24,000 nucleotides of DNA from assembly GCF_009938205.1 (NCBI RefSeq), contig NZ_AP019654.1, positions 2,236,540-2,260,539 on the forward strand, read 5' to 3'. The notes below the pieces were generated by a model. It had not been told where the DNA came from. It saw only the letters and a list, made by a program, of their open reading frames with translations, and made no database searches. Made by a program: the position numbers and the translations under genes. This document shows positions 15,834-23,348 of the stretch, in pieces. The stretch's first letter is position 1. Every line of letters starts with the position of its first letter. The DNA is from Vibrio panuliri. GTDB lineage: Bacteria > Pseudomonadota > Gammaproteobacteria > Enterobacterales > Vibrionaceae.

Positions 15834-17177
15834 TTAGAAGTCCAGCCCGAGCTCATCCAGCAGCTCATCATCTTTCTTACTGAACACCGATTTCTTCTCT
15901 TGCTCAGCTTTTAGCGCGGCCTCTCTTGCCATCTCTTGTCTATCCATAATTCTGAAGAATGGGTAGTAGACGAAGAATGAAGCGACAATTTGCAGTGCTT
16001 GAACGAATGGTGTTTTCCAGTCAAAGCTTGTTAAGTAACCTTCAAAGAACAAAGGCAGATACGGGGGATCAAAGAACGGTTTGGCTAAGAAACCATATTT
16101 CATCAGTACCAGTGGGAATATACCGATTAGCGAGCCACCCAATACAAACGGAATAAACAGAATCGGGTTTAAGATAATAGGCGCACCAAACAATACTGGC
16201 TCATTAATGCCAAACAAACTTGGCACTAGAGATACTTGACCAACTTTACGATAACGTTGAGTTTTGGCAATCATCATCGCAATAACTAAGCCTAAGGTAA
16301 CCCCTGACCCAGTGAAGTTAACAAATGCTGAGAATGTACCGCCAGTAACGAAGTGAGCAAGCTCTACCCCAGCCGTTTTCGCAGCGATGTTCTCCGATAG
16401 ATATTGGACAAAAATCGGCGATAGAATTGGGCTAAGCACGGCCGAGTGGATACCAAAGAACCAGAACAACAGACGCAACATAATGACAAACCAGACCACC
16501 CACAGATTGTCTAAGCTGCCAACCACAGGCGCCAGTACCTGCATTAAGATCTCTGGTAGCAGCAAGCCACCGGTCCATTGAGCAATAAAGTAACGGGCAG
16601 AAACAAACAGAACGGCGATAAAAGCAGTCGGAGTGATTAATTCGAATGAGCTTGAAACGAAATCAGGCACACCTTCTGGCATTCTGATCACCAGCCTCTT
16701 TTCGGTAAAGAATCGATAGATCTCAACACTGGCAATCGCGACAAATATGGCGGTAAATAAGCCTTTTGAATCAAAGAAGCGAATATCAAGTGAGCCATCA
16801 GGATTCACTGAGGTGGTCATGATCAAATAAGCAAAAAGGGATAGGGCCACCGCACCAACTGTGTATATTTTGTAGCCTTCACTTAGAAAATAAGCGATTG
16901 CTATCACAGTGTAAATGGCGATAAAACCGAGTGAAAATTTAATTAAAAGATCGATAAGATAAGTGTTATTAATAAACCACTCTTGCACCGCAGCCGAATC
17001 AGAAAATACGTTTTTAAGTGCTTTTAATGGATAAGCCATCGAGCCGAGCAATAGGATTGGCGTTAATACAACCATGCCTTTTTTCACAGCACTAAGATGG
17101 ACTTGCTTATCTATTTTTTCTGCTATTGGCAGTAATATACTGCTGAGCAGCTTTTCAAAAGATGCGAATAGGCTCAT
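15834..17177 (-). CDS. PTS EIIC permease, lactose/cellobiose (Lac/Chb) family
   Basis: The tracked ORF is 15834..17192. I prefer the ATG at 17177, which has AAGG 8 nt upstream. It is polytopic and carries family motifs (FWFFGIHS, SLFGINEPVLFGAPIILNP). Confidence 0.9.
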   Translation of the reverse strand: MSLFASFEKLLSSILLPIAEKIDKQVHLSAVKKGMVVLTPILLLGSMAYPLKALKNVFSDSAAVQEWFINNTYLIDLLIKFSLGFIAIYTVIAIAYFLSEGYKIYTVGAVALSLFAYLIMTTSVNPDGSLDIRFFDSKGLFTAIFVAIASVEIYRFFTEKRLVIRMPEGVPDFVSSSFELITPTAFIAVLFVSARYFIAQWTGGLLLPEILMQVLAPVVGSLDNLWVVWFVIMLRLLFWFFGIHSAVLSPILSPIFVQYLSENIAAKTAGVELAHFVTGGTFSAFVNFTGSGVTLGLVIAMMIAKTQRYRKVGQVSLVPSLFGINEPVLFGAPIILNPILFIPFVLGGSLIGIFPLVLMKYGFLAKPFFDPPYLPLFFEGYLTSFDWKTPFVQALQIVASFFVYYPFFRIMDRQEMAREAALKAEQEKKSVFSKKDDELLDELGLDF

Positions 17178-17208
17178 ATACGTAACCTTCATTCATTATT
17201 ATAGGTAA

Positions 17209-17230
17209 CACCTGCGTGTTTTCGCAGGTG
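17209..17230 (-). other. Intercistronic stem-loop between the EIIB and EIIC genes
   Basis: CACCTGCG-tgtttt-CGCAGGTG is an 8-bp perfect stem in the 72-nt gap. There is no convincing U-tract on the transcribed strand. Confidence 0.3.
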
Positions 17231-17249
17231 GTAGGGAGTGAGGTATCTC

Positions 17250-17591
17250 TTAGTCAGTAAGACTCATCTGGTGCTTTTTGTGTGCTAACAACGCTTGTTT
17301 TAGCACTGTTGCTCCATCCATCGCGCCGTAAATCTCTGCTGAAAGCAGCACAGATGGTTTATTATTTTCTAGTGCTGATGCTTCGATGTTTTTGTATTTA
17401 TGACTAAGTTGAGGCCCTACCAAAATAACATCAAAGCTATTAATTTTTTCTGATAGACGGTCAACAGAAATAGCTTCAAGAGTAAAGTCTTCAATATTTA
17501 GCTTTTGGCTACCATTGATGGTTTTCTTCATCTCTTCCATCATCATCGTGGTTGAAAAACCACCCGCACACACCAATAAAATATTCATCAT
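17250..17591 (-). CDS. PTS EIIB, lactose/cellobiose family
   Basis: 113 aa. The N-terminal active-site cysteine context NILLVCAGGFSTT matches the ChbB-type CxxGxST loop. AAGGG Shine-Dalgarno 5 nt upstream. Confidence 0.9.
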   Translation of the reverse strand: MMNILLVCAGGFSTTMMMEEMKKTINGSQKLNIEDFTLEAISVDRLSEKINSFDVILVGPQLSHKYKNIEASALENNKPSVLLSAEIYGAMDGATVLKQALLAHKKHQMSLTD

Positions 17592-17654
17592 ACAACCCTT
17601 TGTGGTTTACATTTGAGTACAGGTTAATTAATAAATATTTGCTTACATTCGTCA

Positions 17655-17695
17655 ACGAAACTTGATTTCACTAATATTGTGAAATCAAGTTTCGT
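17655..17695. promoter_or_regulatory. Perfect 17-bp-arm palindrome in the divergent EIIB / EIIA promoter region (candidate operator or activator site)
   Basis: ACGAAACTTGATTTCAC-taatatt-GTGAAATCAAGTTTCGT. The arms are 17655-17671 and 17679-17695 with no mismatch. A TATAAC hexamer lies at 17703-17708. On the + strand the repeat is followed by CGCTTTTT. Confidence 0.6.
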
Positions 17696-17733
17696 CGCTT
17701 TTTATAACGCTTTTGTTAATGTGAAAGCGTCCA

Positions 17734-18111
17734 ATGAACACCAAGGAATATCCCGTGAGCAATTCCCAAGAAATGAATGAAGATTTTGAGAAAGTCATAA
17801 TATCGATTGTCAGTTATTCTGGCGAAGCTAAGGGCTACGCTTATGAGGCTTTAACACTCTCTGAAGAGGGTAAGTTTGATGAAGCTGAAGATATGATGGA
17901 GCAATGTAACGTTAGTGTTCGTAAAGCACATGCTGTGCAAACTGAATTGATTCGCCAAGAGATCAGTGGTGAAAAAATCGTGGTAAGTATGATTATGGTG
18001 CACGCTCAAGACCATCTTATGACGACCCTATCTGAGCGCGAACTGATCCGTAAAATGATCGAGCAAAACCGCCGCCTCTACAAATTAGAACAAGCATTGC
18101 TGAACAAATAA
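17734..18111 (+). CDS. PTS EIIA, lactose/cellobiose family
   Basis: 125 aa. Three-helix-bundle type with the phospho-His motif MIMVHAQDHLMTT (compare ChbA VHAQDHLMT). Confidence 0.9.
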   Translation: MNTKEYPVSNSQEMNEDFEKVIISIVSYSGEAKGYAYEALTLSEEGKFDEAEDMMEQCNVSVRKAHAVQTELIRQEISGEKIVVSMIMVHAQDHLMTTLSERELIRKMIEQNRRLYKLEQALLNK

Positions 18112-18149
18112 TCTCTCCCCCCGAGACTTATTGCTCCTGCAGTGATGCT

Positions 18150-18183
18150 GACGCGATGGCTCCGTCATCGCGTCTTTCTCTTT
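18150..18183 (+). terminator. Rho-independent terminator/attenuator between EIIA and the malY-like gene
   Basis: GACGCGATG-gctccgt-CATCGCGTC is a 9-bp GC-rich perfect stem followed directly by TTTCTCTTT. It begins 39 nt after the EIIA stop and ends 24 nt before the next ATG. Confidence 0.6.
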
Positions 18184-18206
18184 GATCTTGTTCAGGTATC
18201 CATGCC

Positions 18207-19391
18207 ATGCAATTTGACTTTTCCACACCGACCCAACGATTAAATAGCTACTCAACTCAATGGGATTATGTTGGCGATCGTTTTGGCTGTTCTGACCTAC
18301 TGCCTTTTACCATCTCTGACATGGATTTTGCTGCTGCGCCTTGTATCATCAAAGCCCTTCAACATCGCCTAGATCATGGCATCTTTGGCTATAGTCGCTG
18401 GAATCACTCTGATTTTAAACAAGCTATCTGTCACTGGTTCGAAAGCCAGTACCAAGCTCAAATTGATCAAGACAGCTTGGTCTATGGTCCTTCTGTCATC
18501 TACATCATCGCAAAATTGATCCAATTATGGTCAAAACCAAATGACAGTGTGCTGTTTTTTGACCCAGCATATGACGCTTTCAGACCTTTGATAGAAACCA
18601 GTCAGCGCAGAGCCGTCCCTTGCCCATTAACATGTCAAAGGGACGAGCAATCATCGAGCTATCAGGTTGATTGGCATAAATTGGATCAGCAAGCTTCTGA
18701 TCCTCGTTGTACCATTTTGCTGCTCTGCAACCCACACAACCCCACAGGTAAAGTCTGGAACCATCAAGAACTCAGCAAAATTGCCCACATTGCGCAGCGC
18801 CACAACCTTAAAGTCATTAGCGACGATATCCATATGGATATCTGTTTCGCCCCCTATACTCCGTGGAGTAAGGTGGCTCAAAACGATCAATGGGCGCTGG
18901 TCAGTTCAGCATCAAAGTCATTTAATATCCCTGCCCTAACTGGTGCGTACGCTGCTATCGCTTGTGAAGAAACCAAGCAAGCGTATCTAAATGTTGTTAA
19001 ACAAACGGAGGGTTTATCTTCGCCAGCCATTCTCGGTGTGATTGCCACAATGGCGGCTTATCGCGAAGGAGCTACATGGTTACATGCCCTCAAAGAGTAT
19101 CTGCATGGCAACTTACTTTGGGTAACAGAGCGACTCAATCAGGAGTTTCCACAACTTAATTTGCATCCACCACAAGGGACTTACCTAGCGTGGCTTGACC
19201 TCTCTGCGCTCAATATTGATATGGATAAACTGCAACACGCCCTCATCCATGAGCAAAAAATCGCGATTATGCGGGGAGATGCTTACGGCCCTTTGGGTGA
19301 AAATCATCTACGTTTTAATGTCGGATGCCAAAGAGATAAGGTAGAGAAAGGAATTGAAGGCTTGATTAACGCGATTCACTCATTGCGTTAG
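18207..19391 (+). CDS. malY: PLP-dependent C-S lyase (cystathionine beta-lyase type), MalY/PatB family
   Basis: 394 aa. Extended similarity to E. coli MalY as I recall it: FDFS...TQWDYVGDRFG.SDLLPFTISDMDFAAAPCII.AL, YGPSVIY, NPHNPTGKVW, VISDDIHMD, PLP-lysine context SSASKSFNIPALTGAY, YLAWLDLSALNID, GLINAI. Confidence 0.9.
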   Translation: MQFDFSTPTQRLNSYSTQWDYVGDRFGCSDLLPFTISDMDFAAAPCIIKALQHRLDHGIFGYSRWNHSDFKQAICHWFESQYQAQIDQDSLVYGPSVIYIIAKLIQLWSKPNDSVLFFDPAYDAFRPLIETSQRRAVPCPLTCQRDEQSSSYQVDWHKLDQQASDPRCTILLLCNPHNPTGKVWNHQELSKIAHIAQRHNLKVISDDIHMDICFAPYTPWSKVAQNDQWALVSSASKSFNIPALTGAYAAIACEETKQAYLNVVKQTEGLSSPAILGVIATMAAYREGATWLHALKEYLHGNLLWVTERLNQEFPQLNLHPPQGTYLAWLDLSALNIDMDKLQHALIHEQKIAIMRGDAYGPLGENHLRFNVGCQRDKVEKGIEGLINAIHSLR

Positions 19392-19474
19392 ACTTCTACA
19401 GAGCCAAAGCAACGCGAGTTGACAGATAGTCCGTTGCTTATCGGCTGATTTATCCAAAGAATAATTGCAGACAT

Positions 19475-19500
19475 AAAAAGGGCTTGTTGAATACAAGCCC
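19475..19500 (-). terminator. Rho-independent terminator of gabT
   Basis: On the minus strand: GGGCTTGT-attca-ACAAGCCC followed by TTTTT, 30 nt downstream of the gabT stop. The same stem could also stop the convergent malY-like transcript, though without a U-tract. Confidence 0.65.
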
Positions 19501-19529
19501 CTGCAAACGAAAGATAAATGGGTTAAACG

Positions 19530-20801
19530 CTAAACCAGTTCTTTAATGATCTTCTCGAGTTTATCCAGACCTTCATTTAGAATTTCTGATTCAATGGTCA
19601 ATGGTGGAAGAAGGCGAATTACGTTACCTTTCACCCCACATGACAGCAAGATCACCCCATTTTCTTGTGCTTTACCAATAATGGCCTTGGTTAAATCTTG
19701 CAATGGTTGACCCGAGTGCGGATCCGCAAACTCAATCGCCATCATTGCACCATGAGTGCGCACTTGAGCAATTTGTGACACAGTCTGTTGTAGTTTGGTC
19801 ATTCGGCTGTTCACCACTTCACCGATGCCCATCGCTTTGGCGCACAGATCTTCCTCTTCGATGATTTTCAGTACCTCCAAACCCGCAACACAGCCCAGTG
19901 GTGAACCTGCATATGTCCCGCCAAGACCGCCTGCCGGTGCTGAGTCCATCACGTCTGCTTTCCCGACTACAGCTGAAATAGGAAAACCACCAGCAATGCC
20001 CTTGGCGAGCGTCATCATATCGGGCTCAATCCCTAAGTTCTCAGTGGCAAACATCTTACCGGTACGTGCAAAGCCCGCTTGAATTTCATCAGCAATCAAC
20101 ATGATACCGTGCTTATCGCAGATCTGACGCAGAGCCTGAGCAAACACCGCAGGGGCTTGATAGAAACCGCCTTCCCCTTGCACTGGTTCAAAAATAATCG
20201 CGGCAACACGTGATGCTTCAATATCGCAAGTAAACAGATCTTCCAATGCTTGCAGGCTTTGCTCAACCGTTACCCCATGAAACTCATTCGGATAAGGAGC
20301 GTGGAACACTTCACCCGGAAATGGACCAAAACTGGCTTTATAAGGGGTCACTTTACCCGTTAATGCCATGGTCAAATTTGTCCGTCCGTGGAAAGCCCCC
20401 TTAAACGCAATCACACCACTTCGTCCCGTATGTGCGCGAGCAACCTTAACGGCATTCTCAACCGCTTCTGCCCCTGTGGTTAAGAAGGCGACTTTCTTAG
20501 GTGTCGTTCCCGGGGCGACTTGCGTTAACTTCTCCGCCAGTTCAACAAATGATTCGTAGGGGGTCACCAACGCACATGTGTGCGAAAAATTGTCCAACTG
20601 AGCTTTGACTGCTTCCGTAATCCGTTTATTGGAGTGACCGGTGTTGTTGACTGCAATACCTGCGGCAAAGTCGATGTATTTATTGCCTTCCACATCCCAT
20701 ATCAAAGCATTTTCAGCTTTAGCAACATACAGTGGGTACAGCGCCCCCATACCGTTGGAAAATACCTGATTTCTTCTCTGGTGCAGTTGTTGGTTGGTCA
20801 T
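19530..20801 (-). CDS. gabT: 4-aminobutyrate:2-oxoglutarate aminotransferase (class III, GabT/PuuE-like)
   Basis: 423 aa. Collinear with E. coli GabT: WDVEGN.YIDFA.GIAV.NTGH, TTGAEAVENAVK.AR, FEPVQGEGGF, HGIMLIADE.Q.G..RTG, PLP-lysine context TLAKGIAGGFP, GGLGGTYAG.P. AAGGA Shine-Dalgarno upstream. Confidence 0.9.
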   Translation of the reverse strand: MTNQQLHQRRNQVFSNGMGALYPLYVAKAENALIWDVEGNKYIDFAAGIAVNNTGHSNKRITEAVKAQLDNFSHTCALVTPYESFVELAEKLTQVAPGTTPKKVAFLTTGAEAVENAVKVARAHTGRSGVIAFKGAFHGRTNLTMALTGKVTPYKASFGPFPGEVFHAPYPNEFHGVTVEQSLQALEDLFTCDIEASRVAAIIFEPVQGEGGFYQAPAVFAQALRQICDKHGIMLIADEIQAGFARTGKMFATENLGIEPDMMTLAKGIAGGFPISAVVGKADVMDSAPAGGLGGTYAGSPLGCVAGLEVLKIIEEEDLCAKAMGIGEVVNSRMTKLQQTVSQIAQVRTHGAMMAIEFADPHSGQPLQDLTKAIIGKAQENGVILLSCGVKGNVIRLLPPLTIESEILNEGLDKLEKIIKELV

Positions 20802-20907
20802 TGTCTATTCCTTGAGTTTGTGAGTGTACCTCCGCCAGGAATTACTCCTTTTGTGGCGACTTTGTTTGTAGTTATTTTTATGTGCGCCAAACTGGCGCGA
20901 AGATTAG

Positions 20908-21345
20908 CTATGCCGGATCATCTTTCACCACGAACACTGAACAGTGGGAGTGACGAACAATCTTGGCGGCATTTGAACCGAGAAAATAGGAACGAAACTT
21001 GGGCTTTGCCGAAGCCATAACAATCGCATCCACCTGTGAGCGTTTGGCTTGCAAGACAACTTCATCAAATACGACCCCATTACGCACAATCGCCTTGCCT
21101 CGATGTGCTTTGGGCACATACATCTCAAGCATGGTGTGCACACTATCAAATGCATTTTGGTGTTGCGCAGAAAAAGCACTGCCTGAAGCGGTGGGAACCA
21201 TACTGCGATGAACTCGCGCTTCATCGACATACAGCATGTCAATAACGCCCTGCTCATCAATTAACTTAAGTGCCATATCCACCTCCTTTTTCACCACATC
21301 TGGGTAAGCAAGGTCTACTGGCATCAAGATTCGCTTAAGGCTCAT
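20908..21345 (-). CDS. Universal stress protein (UspA family), TRAP-associated (TeaD-like position)
   Basis: 145 aa. ILMPVDL at the N-terminus; ...VDAIVMASAKPKFRSYFLGSNAAKIVRHSHCSVFVVK at the C-terminus (Usp ATP-binding-type G..GS motif region). The start lies 1 nt after the dctM stop. Confidence 0.85.
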   Translation of the reverse strand: MSLKRILMPVDLAYPDVVKKEVDMALKLIDEQGVIDMLYVDEARVHRSMVPTASGSAFSAQHQNAFDSVHTMLEMYVPKAHRGKAIVRNGVVFDEVVLQAKRSQVDAIVMASAKPKFRSYFLGSNAAKIVRHSHCSVFVVKDDPA

Positions 21346-21346
21346 A

Positions 21347-22669
21347 TCAGTTCACTCCCATCACTTTATTTGGTAACCACATCACGACCTCAGGGAACAT
21401 CATGCAGAGAATGAGCACACATAACTTGAGGGCGATAAATGGCAATATTGAACGATAAATATCCATCATACTGACCCCTGGTGGGGCAATACCTTTCAGG
21501 TAGAAAAGTGCGAAACCATACGGTGGCGTTTGCACTGCAATTTCAATGTTCAAAATCATCAGAATGCCAAACCAAATTGGGTCATAACCGAGTGAGACGA
21601 CAATAGGTGTAAACAGTGGTGCGCACATTAAAACGATAATGAGTTCATCGATAATAAAGCCGAGTAACAGCATGATCACTTGCATCAAAATAATCACACC
21701 TAGCGGAGGCAACCCAAGGTCCTGAGTGATTTGCGCCACCATATTTTGCACACCACTTAACATGTGGAAATTGCTAAATAGAGACGCACCGAGAATGATC
21801 CACATCGAAACACTAACGAGCATGGCGGTTTCAAAACCGGAAGATTTGAACATTTCAAAGCGGAAACGTTTGAAAACGATGGCAAGAATAATCGCCCCGA
21901 CAACCCCTATCGCCCCAGACTCAGTTGGCGTGGCAATGCCGGTGATAATACTGCCCAACACCGCTACGATAAGTAAGAGTGAGAACAGGCCATCACGAGC
22001 AGTGGTAAACTTTTCCTTACCACTCATTTGGCTTTCGCTGCCCGTACCCAGTGGCGCTTTCTTGGGATTAAGCTTACAGCTGATCACAACGTAAGCCATC
22101 AACAAGATGATTGAGATCAGTGCAGGGATAATCGCCGCAAGGAACATACGCCCCACCGAGTTTTGCGTAGTCGCCGCGTACATGATCATCGGAATACTAG
22201 GCGGAATTAAGATACCCAATCCGCCACCCGCCATAATCACGCCCAGTGCCAAACGTTTATCGTACCCGCGCTCTAACATCGGCTTAAGTGCGATACTGCC
22301 TGACGTCATGATACCTGCACCGATAATGCCAACCATGGCGCCAATCATTGAGCAAACACCAATAACACTCACCGCCAAGGAACCACGGATACGCCCGATC
22401 ACCATTTGACTAGCATTAAACATTGCGTCACCAATGCCTGAGCGAGTCAACAACTGCCCCATATAGATATACAGCGGAATGGCAAGCAGGATAAAACTAA
22501 AGAAATTACTTTCGATGGTCGTGGGGACAAGGTTAAAAATACCCTCCCCCCAAGTAAGGTAACCCATCCCCATCGCGATGCCACCAAGCGCTAGACCCAC
22601 AGGCGCACCTAAAGCGAAACTAGCAAGAACACAGCCGATCAGTAACAACGTCAATACTTCGATACTCAT
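21347..22669 (-). CDS. dctM: TRAP transporter large permease subunit (DctM family)
   Basis: 440 aa, about 12 TM segments, with typical DctM composition and length. The start overlaps the dctQ stop (ATGA). Confidence 0.9.
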   Translation of the reverse strand: MSIEVLTLLLIGCVLASFALGAPVGLALGGIAMGMGYLTWGEGIFNLVPTTIESNFFSFILLAIPLYIYMGQLLTRSGIGDAMFNASQMVIGRIRGSLAVSVIGVCSMIGAMVGIIGAGIMTSGSIALKPMLERGYDKRLALGVIMAGGGLGILIPPSIPMIMYAATTQNSVGRMFLAAIIPALISIILLMAYVVISCKLNPKKAPLGTGSESQMSGKEKFTTARDGLFSLLLIVAVLGSIITGIATPTESGAIGVVGAIILAIVFKRFRFEMFKSSGFETAMLVSVSMWIILGASLFSNFHMLSGVQNMVAQITQDLGLPPLGVIILMQVIMLLLGFIIDELIIVLMCAPLFTPIVVSLGYDPIWFGILMILNIEIAVQTPPYGFALFYLKGIAPPGVSMMDIYRSILPFIALKLCVLILCMMFPEVVMWLPNKVMGVN

Positions 22670-23250
22670 AAATCCCCCGCCTGCTCAACCAAGGTTTCAC
22701 TCTCCTCGCTCTCTTCTGGTGTCTGCTCAATCAGCGATTTCCCAGTAAGCAAGTAGTAGAGATCTTGTACAATGTCGCTAGTGAACTGAACAATGAACGC
22801 CCCACAAGCGACCACCATCATCACCCAGAAATGCGCCATCGATGGAGCCCACTCTGACTGGCGGCGGTAATTAAACTCCACAGCCTCTTCAAACTTACCC
22901 AGTGCCATCATCAGCACCACTGCAAGAAAGAAGATCGCGAGAGAGTATGAAAAAAGATTAAACAGTGAACGTACTCGCATCGAAACTGATAGATAGAGTA
23001 CATCGACGTTAATGTGCGCTTTCTTTTGTTGAGCCAGCGCACCACCCAAGGCAGCGATATAACCAAACAAGAAAAGTGAAACGTCATACGCCCAGATAGT
23101 TGGAGCACCAAGCACATAACGAGAGAAGACTTCAAAGGCGACGGTAACCGCTAAGATTGGCATTAAGAGTGATGCTGAAACACCGATCCAATAAATCACC
23201 TGATTCACGCCGCGACAATATGTTGCTAACACCGTACTCAACATAAACTT
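22666..23250 (-). CDS. dctQ: TRAP transporter small permease subunit (DctQ family)
   Basis: The tracked ORF is 22666..23310. It has four TM segments and the FEVFSRYVLGAPTIWAYD motif region. The true start is probably internal (ATG at 23265, 23250 or 23241), because a hairpin plus T-run occupies 23273-23296. AGGGA lies 8 nt before the ATG at 23241. Confidence 0.8.
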   Translation of the reverse strand, partial: KFMLSTVLATYCRGVNQVIYWIGVSASLLMPILAVTVAFEVFSRYVLGAPTIWAYDVSLFLFGYIAALGGALAQQKKAHINVDVLYLSVSMRVRSLFNLFSYSLAIFFLAVVLMMALGKFEEAVEFNYRRQSEWAPSMAHFWVMMVVACGAFIVQFTSDIVQDLYYLLTGKSLIEQTPEESEESETLVEQAGDL

Positions 23251-23272
23251 CATCCCTAACAGCATAAAAAGA

Positions 23273-23296
23273 GAAAGGGGCAACTCGCCCCCTTTT
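23273..23296 (-). other. Intra-operon stem-loop with U-tract after the dctP stop (partial terminator or mRNA stabiliser)
   Basis: On the minus strand: AAAGGGG-gcgagttg-CCCCTTT followed by CTCTTTTT. This is a common arrangement downstream of solute-binding-protein genes. Confidence 0.45.
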
Positions 23297-23348
23297 AGTC
23301 GGTGATTCAACCTGAGGGTACAATGGGCTTCAAATCACCTTTTGATTG

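Noticed and set aside
17655-17695. Reading the palindrome as a CRP site
   Set aside because: The CRP consensus is TGTGA-N6-TCACA. Here the half-sites are in the opposite orientation (TTTCAC-N7-GTGAAA), and the symmetry extends to 17 bp per arm, far beyond a CRP box.
15834-17700. Visibly AT-rich stretch over the PTS genes as evidence of horizontal transfer
   Set aside because: I cannot compute composition statistics here. Membrane-protein genes are often AT- and T-rich, and no flanking tRNA, integrase or direct repeats are visible. I note it only as accessory-looking.
15834-18111. Calling the PTS genes the chitobiose/cellobiose (chb/cel) operon
   Set aside because: The family assignment (Lac/Chb type) is solid. 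The chb hallmark partners are absent, namely a phospho-beta-glucosidase, a deacetylase and an AraC-type ChbR, and peptidases take their place. I therefore did not assign chbA/B/C symbols or a substrate.
20580-21020. 146-aa + strand ORF spanning the gabT start, the intergenic gap and the usp 3' end
   Set aside because: It is antisense to two well-supported genes, has no motifs, and has a hydrophobic composition typical of shadow frames.
21726-22409. + strand ORFs (122 aa and 100 aa) inside dctM
   Set aside because: These are antisense shadow ORFs of a membrane-protein gene with no independent support.
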